Shown: piece by piece, positions 51,696 through 64,000 of the stretch
How positions within the stretch are numbered: the first letter of the stretch is position 1
Layout of the letters: the number at the start of each line of letters is the position of its first letter
NCBI GenBank assembly: GCA_038087875.1
Contig: CM075993.1
Location: 7,008,001 to 7,072,000, forward strand
DNA from: Malacoraja senta
Lineage: Eukaryota
Length of the DNA: 64,000 bases
Direction of reading: 5' to 3'
Notes under the pieces: model-generated
Databases searched by the model: none
Told to the model about the DNA's origin: nothing
What the model saw: only the letters and a program-made list of their open reading frames with translations
Program-made: the position numbers and the translations under genes

Positions 51696-52112
51696 TAATT
51701 TTTCTAGGAAATATAAATCATATTTATATTTGAGAATCACTCGTCTCATATTAGATATTGCTTGTACCCTGAAGACATTCTGAAAAAAAACCCATCAGCT
51801 GTATTCCAAATGTTTTTTTTTTTTAAACTGCAAATGCTGGAAAGGTCCCGATCCAAAATGTCACCTATCCATGTTCTCCAAAGATGCTGTCTGACTGGCT
51901 AAGTTACTCCAGCACTTTTTGTCCTATTAGCTGTATTCCAAACATTGTGTTTAGTATTTGGATATACTCAACATATTCTAAAGTGTAAATTTCCTATTCA
52001 ATTTGGAAAACTTGAAGGGAGGTTTGTTGATATTGTAATTTGCATCTAAGCCTTTTTTTTTGTGAGGTGTGAATACTGATAACAACATTGGTTAGACATC
52101 TTGAAGAGTTTG

Positions 52113-52259
52113 TGTAGGAAGGAACTGCAGAAGCTGGTTTAAACCGAAGATAGACCCAAAAGGCTGTAGTAACTCAGCGGGACAGGCAGCATCTCTGGAG
52201 AGATGGAATGGGTGACGTTTCGGGTCGAGACCCTTCTTCAGACTGAACATTTTGTGTCT
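52113..52259 (-). mobile_element. PLE-derived short element with an intact hammerhead core on the minus strand
   Basis: 15-bp TSD ATCTTGAAGAGTTTG at 52098-52112 and 52260-52274. Related neighbours at 51811-51928 (14-bp TSD) and 52491-52649 (10-bp TSD). Confidence 0.82.
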
Positions 52260-55200
52260 ATCTTGAAGAGTTTGCGAGCTGAACTTTCCAAGTGAGAAAG
52301 AGCAGAGTTAGCATTGGTGAAGTAACCACTGTTAATTCTAGCAGATCTTCAGCTATGTGCATGTTAATTTGGTTACCTTTCATGATGCAATCAATTTACA
52401 CTCCATTTCTTTTAAGTTTTACCTCTTTTCTGCGCCTTTCTGTTCAAAATTACAACAGAAATATTAGTGCTTGAGCAGTTTGTCAGCTGTATAGAACGGA
52501 ACTGCAGATGCTGGTTTAAATCGAAGATAGACACAAAATACTGGAGTAACGCAGTGGGACAGGCAGCATCTTTGGAGAAGGAATGGGTGACGTTTCGGAA
52601 GAGCCTTGACCCGAAACTTCACTCATTCCTTCTTTCCAGAGATGCTGCCTGTCAGCTGTGTATGTTAGTTTATCTTCCTTTCATGACTGAGGTCAGAGAC
52701 TAATGTATCAGCATTGCTGCTTATTACAGTGACTCACTAGTCAAGAAATTATACTCTGTCTTTTCTAACCTTTTGAGATTGTATGAAGTAAAGTATGGAG
52801 CAAGTAAATATTAAATTACAAATGAACTCCTGAAAGGCTGATGCAAAGCAACACTTAGTAACTGTTTTTCACAAGTCCTGAACATGCGTCGTGATGAAAT
52901 GAAGTGATTTTGTTAACTGATTGGAAGCTGAACACTTGCTCCTGTGTTCAAACTTCAAAAGCCATTCCCATCATATCTGGTATTTCATCAAGGGCTTGTG
53001 CACTATCAGAACAGTGACTTCTTTATGGTTGAGGCTTGAAACCATGTCTACATCTACATCTACATACACGGATGGGTGAAAAATATCTGACGGTACTATT
53101 TTAAAAAGAGCATAGGTGTTTTCCTGATATCTTGACAAATATCACCACAAAATGATTGTTTCCCTGCAGTTTATGCAAGTTTCTGCTCTACAAATTGGCA
53201 ATACAACATGGATTATAAAATGTTCTTCAGCTATAAAAACAAATGTCGCACGCTGAGGCTATGAATGGGTTGATATAAATGGAAGAAAGACTTAACACTG
53301 AGGATGCTCCGAGTCAAATATAAAGTGCCGGGAACAATCTGGGGAAAACAATCTAACTGTGAGGGATTCATATTGGCCAGAACCTGTCATAGTTGGCTAA
53401 TAATTCTGAAGTTTGGCTGATCCTAAGAACACAAGGAGATCATAGAACTGCTCTTTATAAATTTTAACTTGGTTTTAAAAATTGGTTTTGATATAAGTGG
53501 CCATAAAGCCATTGAATACTGTTGAAAATTTACTCAGTGCTATTATACTAATTGGAGTGGGGAAGCATCTACTCTTTGTGTGGCTTATATGGAACTCTCC
53601 GAGCTATTCTACATTTGCCTTGATCTCCACCCCTTCAATGATCTCGTTCTCACACCTTGCACTTCCTTATCTCTGTATCTCCCCCTCCCCTGACTCTCGG
53701 TCTGAAGAAGGGTCTCAACCCGAAATGTCACCCATTCCTTCTCTCCAGAGATGCTGCCTGTCCCGCTGAGTTACTCCAGCATTTTGTGTCTATCTATAGT
53801 CCACTGACACGATTGACACAACTAACCTCTACAATGACAATGAAATGCCAGCATGACTAAAGATACCTGGCCTGATACCTGTTGAGACCTCTGTGTTCTA
53901 CTGAGTTGAAGAAGTTTGTTATTTGAAAAGCAAGTATTTGCATTGTTATTCATGCTCATAGAAGTGAATAGATTTGTTGCTTGGGAACGAACTCTCCAAT
54001 GCGTACATGTTCAAATTCAAAATTAACCATTGTTTGATGTGTGATACATCATGCAAATTTAAGATGAATACAAGGTTGATTCAATGCAGTGAATGGGAGG
54101 AGAATGTAATCTTCTATTGCAAGCTTAATTGTGATTTCATAAATTTGTTTAAAAGGGATTTTGATATTTGAGAAAGAGGAATGTAAAACGATATGTGGCA
54201 AAGATATCACATGTGGGTGGTAATAGTTTGCAATGATCGAGACATAAAAACATAGGTGCAGACTTGATGGATGCATGACGTTTTTATGTTCTATAAAATT
54301 ATTAAATTGGACCCGGGCATTATTTGCTGCTTTTTTGTGGCAATTTGTTGTTTTCTTTGTAACATGGTAAATGGATCCATTATTTGCTCACATGAAAATT
54401 CTGGTATTTTTTTGTATTCGGAGTGTCATTGGATCCAAAATGTGAGCTATACTTCCGATGTTCAAAAGAAAATCAGTTGTATTGAAAGGGGGTTAAACAA
54501 AAAGATCAGTTAATCATAATTTGTGTTTATTTTGCGGGTAATTTTGAGTTCCTGAATGTCTATTTTTGATTTTCTAGTAACAAGTATTTAATTTGATGTT
54601 TGTGGCAAATCGTATGCATTCCCTCCTTTTAGATAAGTGTAATTTTTATTTTAAAATATGTTGTCAACAGATGCATATCGGTGAGTTACTGGAAAGAATT
54701 TGTTGGAGCGGTATATCTTGCACTCTGTTGTCTGTGCCTGTGAGTATTGCTGCACTGCTGTTTGAATGCAAGGTTCCACATGCTTTTGCTGAAGAAACCT
54801 AGGAGTGGTTAAGATGTGGAACAAAGGGCAAGTGTTCCCAAAGTTGAGCCTGAAGAAACCGCAATGAGCGAGTGACTCAACATTTTTTAACATAAATAAT
54901 TCTCCTCTATCCCTCTGGTATTTGCTAAAGGCTCTCAGTGGATGTGTTTTGACATTATAAAAAAAAAAAGCTAGCTGTTCCAGTTTTTGAAACCAGTTTA
55001 TGGCAGTGTTTATGCCAAGACGAGGCATTCGCTGGTTTGAGATCTGGTCTTTCTCTGAGGACAGAGGTTGGTTTATTGATGAGCAGAAACTTGTTCCTAT
55101 GCACATTTGAGACAGGGTTGCCTCGGATCGGGGACTTTTAATGGCACGCACCAAGTAGCCTGACATCAGATTATCGAGCCTGAACATGCCGCATGCAGGC

Positions 55201-55417
55201 ACCTGGCGCTTGAGAGTGTACATGCTGCAGCTAGCAGTGCATGTGCAGTACAAGGAGTCGTCCGCAACAATGAGAACCCAACGCAACTTTCAGACACTCC
55301 ACCCTTCTATCTTTGCTCACATAAGTATCAACAGTGTATAATGTTGATCAAATGTACATGAGAAAGCTGCCAAAAGAAGCGTGAATAATTCTCCAAGAAA
55401 CTGTTCAGTTACATGAC

Positions 55418-55720
55418 AGTTTAGTTTAGAGATACTGTGCGGAAATAGGCCCTTCGGCCCACTGGGTCCGTGCCAACCAGCGCTCCCCGCACATAAACAC
55501 TATCTTACACACTCCAGGGACAAATTTTACATTTTACCATGCCAATTAACTGACAAACCTGTACGCCTTTGAAGTATGGGAGGAAACTGAAGATCTCGGA
55601 GAAAACCCACGTGGTCACGGGGAGAACGTACAAACTCCGTATAGACAGCACCCGTAGTCGTGATCGAACTCTGGTCTCCGACGCTGTAAGGCAATAGCTA
55701 CCGCTGCGCCACCGTGCGGC
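55418..55720 (-). mobile_element. tRNA-derived V-type SINE
   Basis: Full-length family member with a (TAAAC)n tail. Confidence 0.82.
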
Positions 55721-56166
55721 CCTTGTTTATTGGGCGTGATATCTTGCACCCTGTGCCTGTGAGTATTGCTGCACTGCTGTTTGAATGCAAGGTTTACGTA
55801 GGCTATGTTGGATGGTTGCTTTTTTTTCTTAGTCCTGCAGCATCAAAGAATGAATGCACTTGTCATAGCTTTTATGCAGTAATCCAGAAATGAGCTAAAC
55901 AAAATACAAGAACAGTGTTGCACATTGAGAAATATTGCACACATTCATAAGAAAACTGGAGGAGGAGGAAAGCTGGGTAAGCATGGACAATACCCTGCTT
56001 TCACTGCTGGCTATCACTTTACTGTTTATTTTAATTATGATCATATTGACATTGTAACTGGCGCATGCACTGGCAGAGGCTGACAGTTGAAGCTTATTAC
56101 ATAATATTAGGTAAAAAATGACATGTTGGGGCCAAAATGCAGGAAAATGTATAGGCCCTATCCTTG

Positions 56167-56462
56167 TAGTTTAGTTTAGAGGTACAGTGCGGAAACCAGC
56201 CCTTCGGCCCACTGAGTCCGCGCCGACCAGTGATCCCCACACACACTAGCACTATCCCAAGATATGGTGAAGATGAGCCAATTAACCTACAAACCTGTAC
56301 GTCTTTAGAGTGTGGGAAAAAACCGGAGCTCCCGGGGAAAGCCCACGCAGGTCACGGGGAGAACGTACAAACTCCATACAGACAGCACCCGTAGTCAGGA
56401 TCGAACCTGGGTCTCTGGCGCTGTAAGGCAGCAATTCTACCGCTGCGCCACCGTGCCGCCCC
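56167..56462 (-). mobile_element. tRNA-derived V-type SINE, well preserved
   Basis: Head GGGGCGGCACGGTGGCGCAGCGGTAG, B-box GGTTCGATCC, CR1-like tail. Confidence 0.85.
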
Positions 56463-57614
56463 AGCTTGTAGCTTGGTGTTGGTAAAATCCATTGTAAATT
56501 CAGTCAAAGAATACTATAGGGCAATGGGAAATGTATCGTGGAGTGTCATTGTTTGAAATGTGGATAATTATAATTTGGTTTTGTGCTGTCCTTTTGTGAG
56601 CTCGAGCAAAAAGGGGCGCTTTGTGTTGTTGGTGGTCAGGAATAGTTTGTACAATGGTTGCAGTCTTCTGCAGATTCTTGATGGAAGTGAAGATGAAAAA
56701 GACAGGAGAGATACACTCAGCATTTGGCCTACCTGAAGCTCATTGGAACAGAAGCACACAGTGATTGGAAACTCAGCAGTTTTGTGCATCTAACCAAAAT
56801 CTCTTCATACCTCAGGGGAGAATGTGACCGTGAACAGATTGCTTATACACAGCATAAACAGTATTTCACTTTGAGATTTGCTATAAATATACTGGTGACT
56901 TGTCATCATATGGCTTTAGGTATCCTTCCTTTTAAAGCTCTCACAGTAAATGTTGTGACAGACCACCTCGGAGATAGAATCGCTGCAGGCGATTGCAATT
57001 TGTTATCAGCACATTTTACAAATTTGCAGTATGGCAGAATTTAGATATATCGCCAAACGGGTTTTTTGGTGATAATACCCCCCATTTCTCATATTGCTGT
57101 CTGGTTCGACCCAATCTCATCGGCTCAGTCCGTCCACATTTGAATTTCATTGGCAGATCAATGGGGGAAGATGATTAAACATATAGTATACCGTGGGATG
57201 TGTGTTTAGTCTACTTTGAGACCGTTTTCAAATTATTCTACCAAACAGATGGTCTTAACCTTAGTCCTTGATTATGTTGGCAACAAGAGAGACTATGGTC
57301 ATGTCCACCCACCCAAAACCATTGCATTTCAAACATTCCTACTGCCTATAAACAACAGTAAAGATACTTAACTTGGAAAATATGGAGCCTGTGTAATTTA
57401 AGTTTTGAGCAAAGTGATCTAAGTATCTTTTGACATTTCAGACCCAAGTTTTAATGTTTCAGTACGATTTCTTAAATGTAAAATCCTAGGATTACATAAC
57501 AAAGCAGAAGAAAACGAAATGAAAAGGTTTAATAAAACAAGCTTGTTTTTCCCTCTTCCCCGGAACTAAAGGTGGATCTTTGATCCAAAATATTAATACT
57601 TAGTAATAATAATT

Positions 57615-58187
57615 AGTCGCTGAAAGTAAGCATGCAGGTACAACAGGCAGTGAAGAAAGCTAGTGGCATGTTGGCCTTTATAACGAGAGGAGTTGAGTAT
57701 AGGAGCAAAGAGGTCCTTCTGCAGTTATACAGGACCCTGGTGAGACCACACCTGGAGTATTGTGTGGAATTTTGGTCTTCTAATTTGAGGAAGGACATTC
57801 TTGCTATTGAGGGAGTGCAGCACAGGTTCACCAGGTTAATTCCCGGGATGGAGGGACTATCATATGATGAAAGAATGGAGCGACTGGGCTTGTATTCACT
57901 GGAATTTAGAAGGATGAGAGGGGATCATAGAAACATACAAAATTATTAAGGGATTAGACACACTAGATGCAGGAAACATGTTCCCGATGTTGGGGGAGTC
58001 CAGAACCAGGGGCCACAGTTTAAGAATAATGGGTAGGCCATTTAGAACTGAGAGGACGAAAAACTTTTTCACACAGAGTTGTGAATTTGTGTAATGCAAT
58101 TGTGTAATGTAATTCAGAAAGCAATGGAGGCCAATTCACTGGATGCATTCGAAAGAGAGTTAGATAGCGGAATCAAGGGATATGGGG
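57615..58187 (+). mobile_element. CR1-clade LINE 3' fragment
   Basis: ORF 57632-57949 (QVQQAVKKASGML..LVRPHLEYC). Followed by PLE derivatives at 58188-58600. Confidence 0.9.
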
Positions 58188-59867
58188 ATCAGTCTGAAGA
58201 AGGGTCTCGACCCGAAACGTCACCCACTCCTTCTCTCCAGAGATGCTCCCGTCTAACTTCAAGTAACCCTTGCATCCTGTCTCTCTGTGTCCCTCCCCAC
58301 CCTTGTCGTCGTACACGTTTCTTGTCGTCCTGTTGAGTTCCACTGTCTGTATAACTCATTATCACCAACCCCACAGCCAACAATGGACCATTGTGGGCTC
58401 CATCTTTCCTTGCTCATCATTGCTTCTTACATATCTTTCATTCATTTGTTCCATATCTCTATACACCACCGTCTATATCTCTTGTTTCCTTTTCCCCTGA
58501 CTCTCAGTCTGAGGAAGAGTCTTAACTCAAAACGTCACCTATTCCTTTTCTCCAGAGATGCTGTCTGACCCGCTGAGTTACTCCAGCGTTTTGTGTCTAT
58601 AATTTACTATATACCTTCCGCTTACATTTGACTTTCCAAAGTGCAACACCTCGCACTTATCCGTTTTGAACTCCCATCTGCCATTTCTTCATCTATACAT
58701 CCATCTGCTACTTGCTACTTACCAGGCTGTAACCAAATGTTGCGTTGTCTTGTCTTGCTGCATTTTAGGTATGTATGCTTCACTATCCATGGAGCTGTAA
58801 ATAGATAAGAACCCTGCAGTCATCGGATAACATCCTCACCTGATGTTACAACAAAGCAAATGACATCAATGAAGTAGTTTGAAGATAATTGTGCGAGTTA
58901 GTATCGTTGCATGCACAACTTAACCTAGCAGCAACACATCATGTTCACTGAGCACAGCACAAATGATTTCCACATCATGTAACTTGGTTTTATTTGCTTT
59001 CTCCGGGAATAAAATGGGCTAGAAAGCATCTTTTGTATTCACTGCTACCTCTTGTAGTCCTCGGGACATATTGCCAGGCACGAGCGCTAATGGAATCAGC
59101 ACTAAAAGGAGTTATTGTAGCATTACTTACAAAGAAGCATTACTGGTAGCGCTGCTATGCCAGGGATCTGTTTGAGACTCAACCCTCTGCTGGCACGCGG
59201 CAATGAAGTGATGAATGAGACCTGGCTCAGTGTGAGTGAGCCACCAAGCCAATGACATTAGCTACCTTTTAGACTTTAGAGATACAGTATGGAAACAGAC
59301 CCACTAGGGACACTACAATTTTACCAAGGCCAATTAACCTACAAACGTGTACGTCTTTGGAGTGTGGGAGGAAACCGGAGAACATACAAACTCCGTGCAG
59401 ACAGCACCTGTAGTCAGGATTGAACCCTGGTCTCTGACGATGTAAGGCAGTAATGCTACCGCTGCACCACTGTGCGCCTGTTAGGGCTGGTGGTGTTGGG
59501 TAGGCTGGGGTGAGTGGTGTGGCTGCTCAGCACTGAGATGTGGAGCTTGGGAAAGCAATCTGCCTGGCACAGGGAATGTAGACTTTTGCCAGGAACCTGC
59601 AGCAACTGCTCTGCGTTGCCAGACTGCCTATATCCTAGAGCCTCTCTCTGCTATGGATGTGATGGAAGCTGTTATCTCCCTCTTGGCATAGCTCCCCGCA
59701 GCCTCAAAATTACCTATGGTAACTTGCCCAACTATTAACTAGCTGTCTGTTAGGTTGTATTTAGTTACATCCCATGAGGTTTGGCATGGTGAAAGCAGGA
59801 TTGATGATCCTGCCCCGGCTTTTGTATGCAGCCGAATTGGATGGGTGTAATGTGGGAGAGATGTTTT

Positions 59868-60141
59868 TAGACAATAGGTGCAGGAGTAGGCCATTTGGCC
59901 CTTCAAGCCAGCACCGCCATTCACTGTGATCATGGCTGATCATCCACAATGAGCACCCAATTCCTGCCTTCTCCCCATATCCATTGACTCCGCTATAAGA
60001 GCTCTATCTAACTCTTGCTTGAAAGGATCCAGAGAATTGGCCTCCACTGTCTTCTGAGGAAGAGAATTCCACAGATTCACAACTCTCTGGGTGAAAAAGT
60101 TTTTCCTCATCTCCGTTCTAAATGGCCAACCCCTTATTCTT
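59868..60141 (-). mobile_element. CR1 3' fragment
   Basis: RIRGWPFRTEMRKNFFTQRVVNLWNSLPQ motif and tail. Confidence 0.88.
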
Positions 60142-61224
60142 ATTGGAAGAGTTGGCTCATTTCTAATTGTCATCTGCCATGGTTGTTGCTGAGAAACCCT
60201 TTTGCTTTAGTGTTTTGATGTAGTGGTTTGGTACATCTGAGTGAGTTGCTGCATCATCTCAGGGTGATTAAGGAGTTAACCATTTCTCGGATCTCACAGG
60301 TGAAACTGGGTAAAGATAACAGATTTCCTCCCGTAAACTCTATATTTTTTTAATAAATCACAGTTCTGTAAATTCATGACAACCAATCCTGATCATTTGT
60401 CCATGAAGTAAAGTTACTTCCGCAAACTGCTGGACCGGGACCCTGCTGGATTTTCGGCGGATCATAGAACCGGGAGGGAGCTGTTGCAGACGGCAGACGC
60501 GAGGAGCAAGGGTCGGTAGGAGGGTGAATAGGGTAATACCTCCAGCGCCTTCAAGATCGGCTGCAGGAGGCACCTCCAGGACAAAGATGGCCTGGCTAGG
60601 AGAGGGACGCCAGTTCGCGGGCCGATCCGGTCGAAGGCGATGGAGGAAGGCCCTGCAGAAGCCTGGGGCTTACCAGGATCGTAAACTGTGGAAATGGCGC
60701 CAAAGCATGTCACCGCCCGCATGTGTGAATATGCAAAAATAATTTCACTTTGCAGTTGCCTACATGACAAATAAAGCACCGTTGAACTGTTAAATGATGG
60801 CATTGAACTTCTGTTGCTGGATCATTAGTTTGGGCAAGTAGATTACTAGCTTAGTAATGGAACCACTGAACCACTGTTTCCTTGATGTCCTGAAAATATA
60901 CACCCTGATAAACACCAAGAGCACAAATATTATTGGTGTGTGACTGTTTAAGAAATCACAGATGTGCTAGACATTTTAACAAGCAGACCATTCTCTCGGG
61001 TGGTAAATTGCCAAGAGTGCCCATCTGGTTCAAATCGATGGGCTGTGCCTGTTCAGAGGATTGGCTCACCTTCTCCTTGGCAGTTGTGAATTGTCTGTTC
61101 TGGAAACCAGCTCAACCTTAAAGAGGACACCCGGTGTGTTCTCCCGGAAAACTCGAGCTGTTCATTTATTTTGAAAACTAACTTGCTTAGCTTGTGCCTT
61201 TACTAATTAAACGACCTCTCCATG

Positions 61225-61460
61225 AGGGCGGCATTGTGGCGCACTGGTAGAGTTGCTGCCTTTACGGCGCCGGAGACGTGGGTTCGATCCTGACTATGGG
61301 TGTCGTCTGTACGGAATTGGTACGTTCCCACTGTGAACGTGTGGGTTTTCTCCGGGTGCTCCCACACTCCAAAGACATACAGGTTTGTAGGATAATTAAC
61401 TTCTGTAAATTGCTCGATGGGCCGAAGGACCTGTTTCCACGCTGTATCTCCAAAGTCTAA
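61225..61460 (+). mobile_element. tRNA-derived V-type SINE, internally deleted
   Basis: GGGCGGCATTGTGGCGCACTGGTAG head, GGTTCGATCC B-box. A similar minus-strand copy lies at about 59268-59478. Confidence 0.8.
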
Positions 61461-62951
61461 AGTATGATGAACAACCAGTTAATATGCTTAATGTAGGTAC
61501 ATAAATGTTTGGTCTTCCTGAATTTGATATGAACACATTGTAATTTATTGACCAATGATTTCATCAGTTTTAAGTTTTGAGTTGCAGCAGAAGCTATCTG
61601 CTTCTCTACAATCAAATAATATTAAACGTGCAAAACCTTCAGAATGCTAAATCTGCTACACTCCTGGTAACATCTTTGAAGAATCAATGTTCAAAACTGT
61701 ACCTTCGATTAAAGCTATGACGTAGCTTGGGTCTGTGTAATGTCTTCAGCATATACAATCTCCCAAAACACTCTGCAACTTGACATCAAGCCACATAAAG
61801 TGTTGGGAGAGATGAGCCAAATACTGGTCAAATGCAGATTTTCGGTGTATCCAAGCATACTAATCATTACCAGGATGTGTAGGAAAGAACGGCAGATGCT
61901 GGTTTACAACGAAGATAGGCACAAAATGCTGGAGTAACTCACTGGATCAGGCAGCATCGCTGGAGAAAAGGAATAGGTGACTTTTGAAGAAGGGTCTCGA
62001 CCCTGAAACGTCCTCTATTCCTTCTCTCCAGAGATGCTGCCTGACCTGCTGAGTTACTCCAGCATTTTATGTCTAATCCTTATCGGATTGACTTGGTTCT
62101 TGAATAAAGGGCTTTAGGAAGCAGTTGTCCTTCAGGGTTGCGTGTCAGCATGAAATGTAAGTTGAAAAGGTTGCCACCCGGTATCATGGTGTATCTTGAC
62201 ATAAGGCGACCAAATACCTGTCACCGATTTCTTCAGGGATGTCAAATTATTGGGGAATTGTTGGATAGGCAGCCACAGACTCAACATGGTTTGTGCTTTC
62301 AAAGAGAAATGGAAACAATCAGAGTGCCTTTCTTTCCTTTGACATGCCATAGGGCGTAAACGCAAGCTAAGAATGTTCTTATTATTCATCCACCATTACA
62401 AACCAAAGGTGATTGCAATTTTTTAATTAGAAGAGGTGCCATTTTATTCTCCAGTGAAGAGAAATGTGGCAGCTCCCAGTTGTCGGCTATTATTTTAGAT
62501 TTTTGAATGCTAGCTGCAATTTTTTTTGTCCTGTGAAGCATGACTCATTAAATAGATTCACTGTAACACCCAACATATTTCTGCAGAAAAATGAGACTGG
62601 ATTTGTACTAAATGCATGTTCACTGTTTACTTAAACAGTGAAGCATTTGACAATCAATTAACTGCTGTGTGCGAGACCTACCTGGGAACATCTCCGTTTT
62701 TCTTTCCTTTTCTGTAGATGTACTCTGAAAGCATATCACTCATTCATGTCCCTGCAAGTGTGATGATAAGGATCCTTTCTTTGGCATGTGGAGTGATCTA
62801 GAATAGTTGCACTGAATTTCACAATCAGGAGTGTAAAACGTTCAATCAAACTTCCAAAGTATTTGACAGTCATAGAATCATACAGCACAGAAACAGGCCC
62901 ACCAGCCCAATGTGCTCAGAATCTAAACCTTTCCTGATCAATGTACCCATC

Positions 62952-63866
62952 GCAAATGTCCTCATTCTTCAGGGAACAGGGGTTCCCCTCCCCCATTATA
63001 GATGAGGATCGCACCAGGGTCTCCTCCATACCCCGCAACACTGGCAGAGTCTCTCTCCCCATCCCCCCCACTCGCAACAAGGGCAGAGTCCCCTTGGTCC
63101 TCACCTTTCACCTTTCACCCCACTAGCCGGCACATACAACAGATAGTCCTCCGTCAGTTTCGCCACCTCCAACGTGACCCCACCACGCGCCACATCTTCC
63201 CATCTTCCCCCCCCCCTGCCTTCCGCAAAGACCGCTCCCTCCGTAACTCCCTTGTCAATTCTTCCCTTCCCTCCCGCTCCACCCCTTCCCCGGGCACTTT
63301 CCCTTGCAACCGCAAGAGATGCTACACGTGTCGCTTTACTCCCCCCCCTCGACTCCATTCAAGGACCCAAGCAGTCGTTCCAGGTGCGACAGAGGTTCAC
63401 CTGCACCTCCTCCAACCTCATCTATTGCATCCGCTGCTCTAGATGTCAGCTGATCTATATCGTTTCGCCGAACATCTCCGCTCGGTCCGCACTAACCAAC
63501 CTGACCTCCCGGTGGCTCAGCACTTCAACTCCCCCTCCCATTCCATATCCGACCTCTCTGTCATGGGCCTCCTCCACGGCCAGAGTGAGCAACACCGGAA
63601 ATTGGAGGAACAGCACCTCATATTCCGCTTGGGGAGTCTGCATCCTGGTGGCATTAACATTGAATTCTCACAATTCCATTAACCCTTGCTGTCTCCTCCC
63701 CTTCCTACCTCTCCCTCAGCCCTCGGGCTCCTCCTCCTTTTTCCTTTCTTCTCCCCGCCTCCCCCCACCCCCTATCAGTCTGAAGAAGGGTTTTGGCCCG
63801 AAACGTTACCTATCTCCTTCGCTCCATAGATGCTGCTGCACCCACTGAGTTTCTCCAGCATTTTTG
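62952..63866 (+). mobile_element. Penelope-like element (Neptune-like) 3' part: Cys linker, GIY-YIG endonuclease remnant and hammerhead-bearing tail
   Basis: GTFPCNRKRCYTC, FTCTSSNLIYCIRCSRCQLIYI and RFAEHLRSV..PVAQHFNS..RKLEEQHLIFRLGSLHPGGINIEF across frameshifts; the GET segment is deleted. 10-bp TSD TGTACCCATC at 62942-62951 and 63867-63876, inside a minus-strand CR1 tail. Confidence 0.9.
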
Positions 63867-64000
63867 TGTACCCATCTAAATGTCTTTTAAATGTTATTCA
63901 TAATACCGACCTCAACTACCTCCTCTGGCAGCTCGTTCCATGTACCCACAATCCTCTGTGGAAAAAGGTTGCCTTTCGGGTTCCTATTAAATCTTTCTGC

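Noticed and set aside
54651..55286. 211-aa minus-strand ORF
   Set aside because: Non-ATG start, no recognisable domain, runs through a homopolymer tract and has no supporting splice structure.
56380..56462. tRNA genes at SINE heads (also about 25090-25160 and 61225-61295)
   Set aside because: A/B boxes run straight into SINE body and LINE-derived tail; no complete cloverleaf.
61018..61043. GCCCATC-TGGTTCAAATC-GATGGGC hairpin with a T-loop-like sequence
   Set aside because: No acceptor, D or anticodon arms around it; a 7-bp stem is expected by chance in 64 kb.

Overview
Eukaryotic (vertebrate) genomic DNA. The repeat families (CR1/HER1-type LINEs, tRNA/V-type SINEs with a CR1 tail, Penelope-like derivatives, Rex1/Babar, L2, Deu-type SINE relics) suggest a cartilaginous fish, probably a skate or ray; this is an inference. 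I found no convincing host protein-coding exon. A CpG island at about 3875-4420 looks like a promoter and first exon, followed by roughly 60 kb of repeat-rich sequence that is probably a large first intron. All long ORFs are transposon remnants or low-complexity artefacts. Best observations: (1) a 139-bp TSD-flanked retroposon (47984-48122, minus strand) whose first 54 nt fold exactly as a minimal HDV-like ribozyme starting at the cleavage-site G; (2) about 30 short Penelope-like-element (PLE) derivatives, many of them fold-back, with 10-16 bp TSDs and a minimal hammerhead-ribozyme core; (3) one PLE insertion that contains an inverted copy of its own downstream flank; (4) three non-autonomous Helitrons, two just upstream of the CpG island, carrying promoter-like motifs. 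Family names come from motif recognition by eye, not from database searches.
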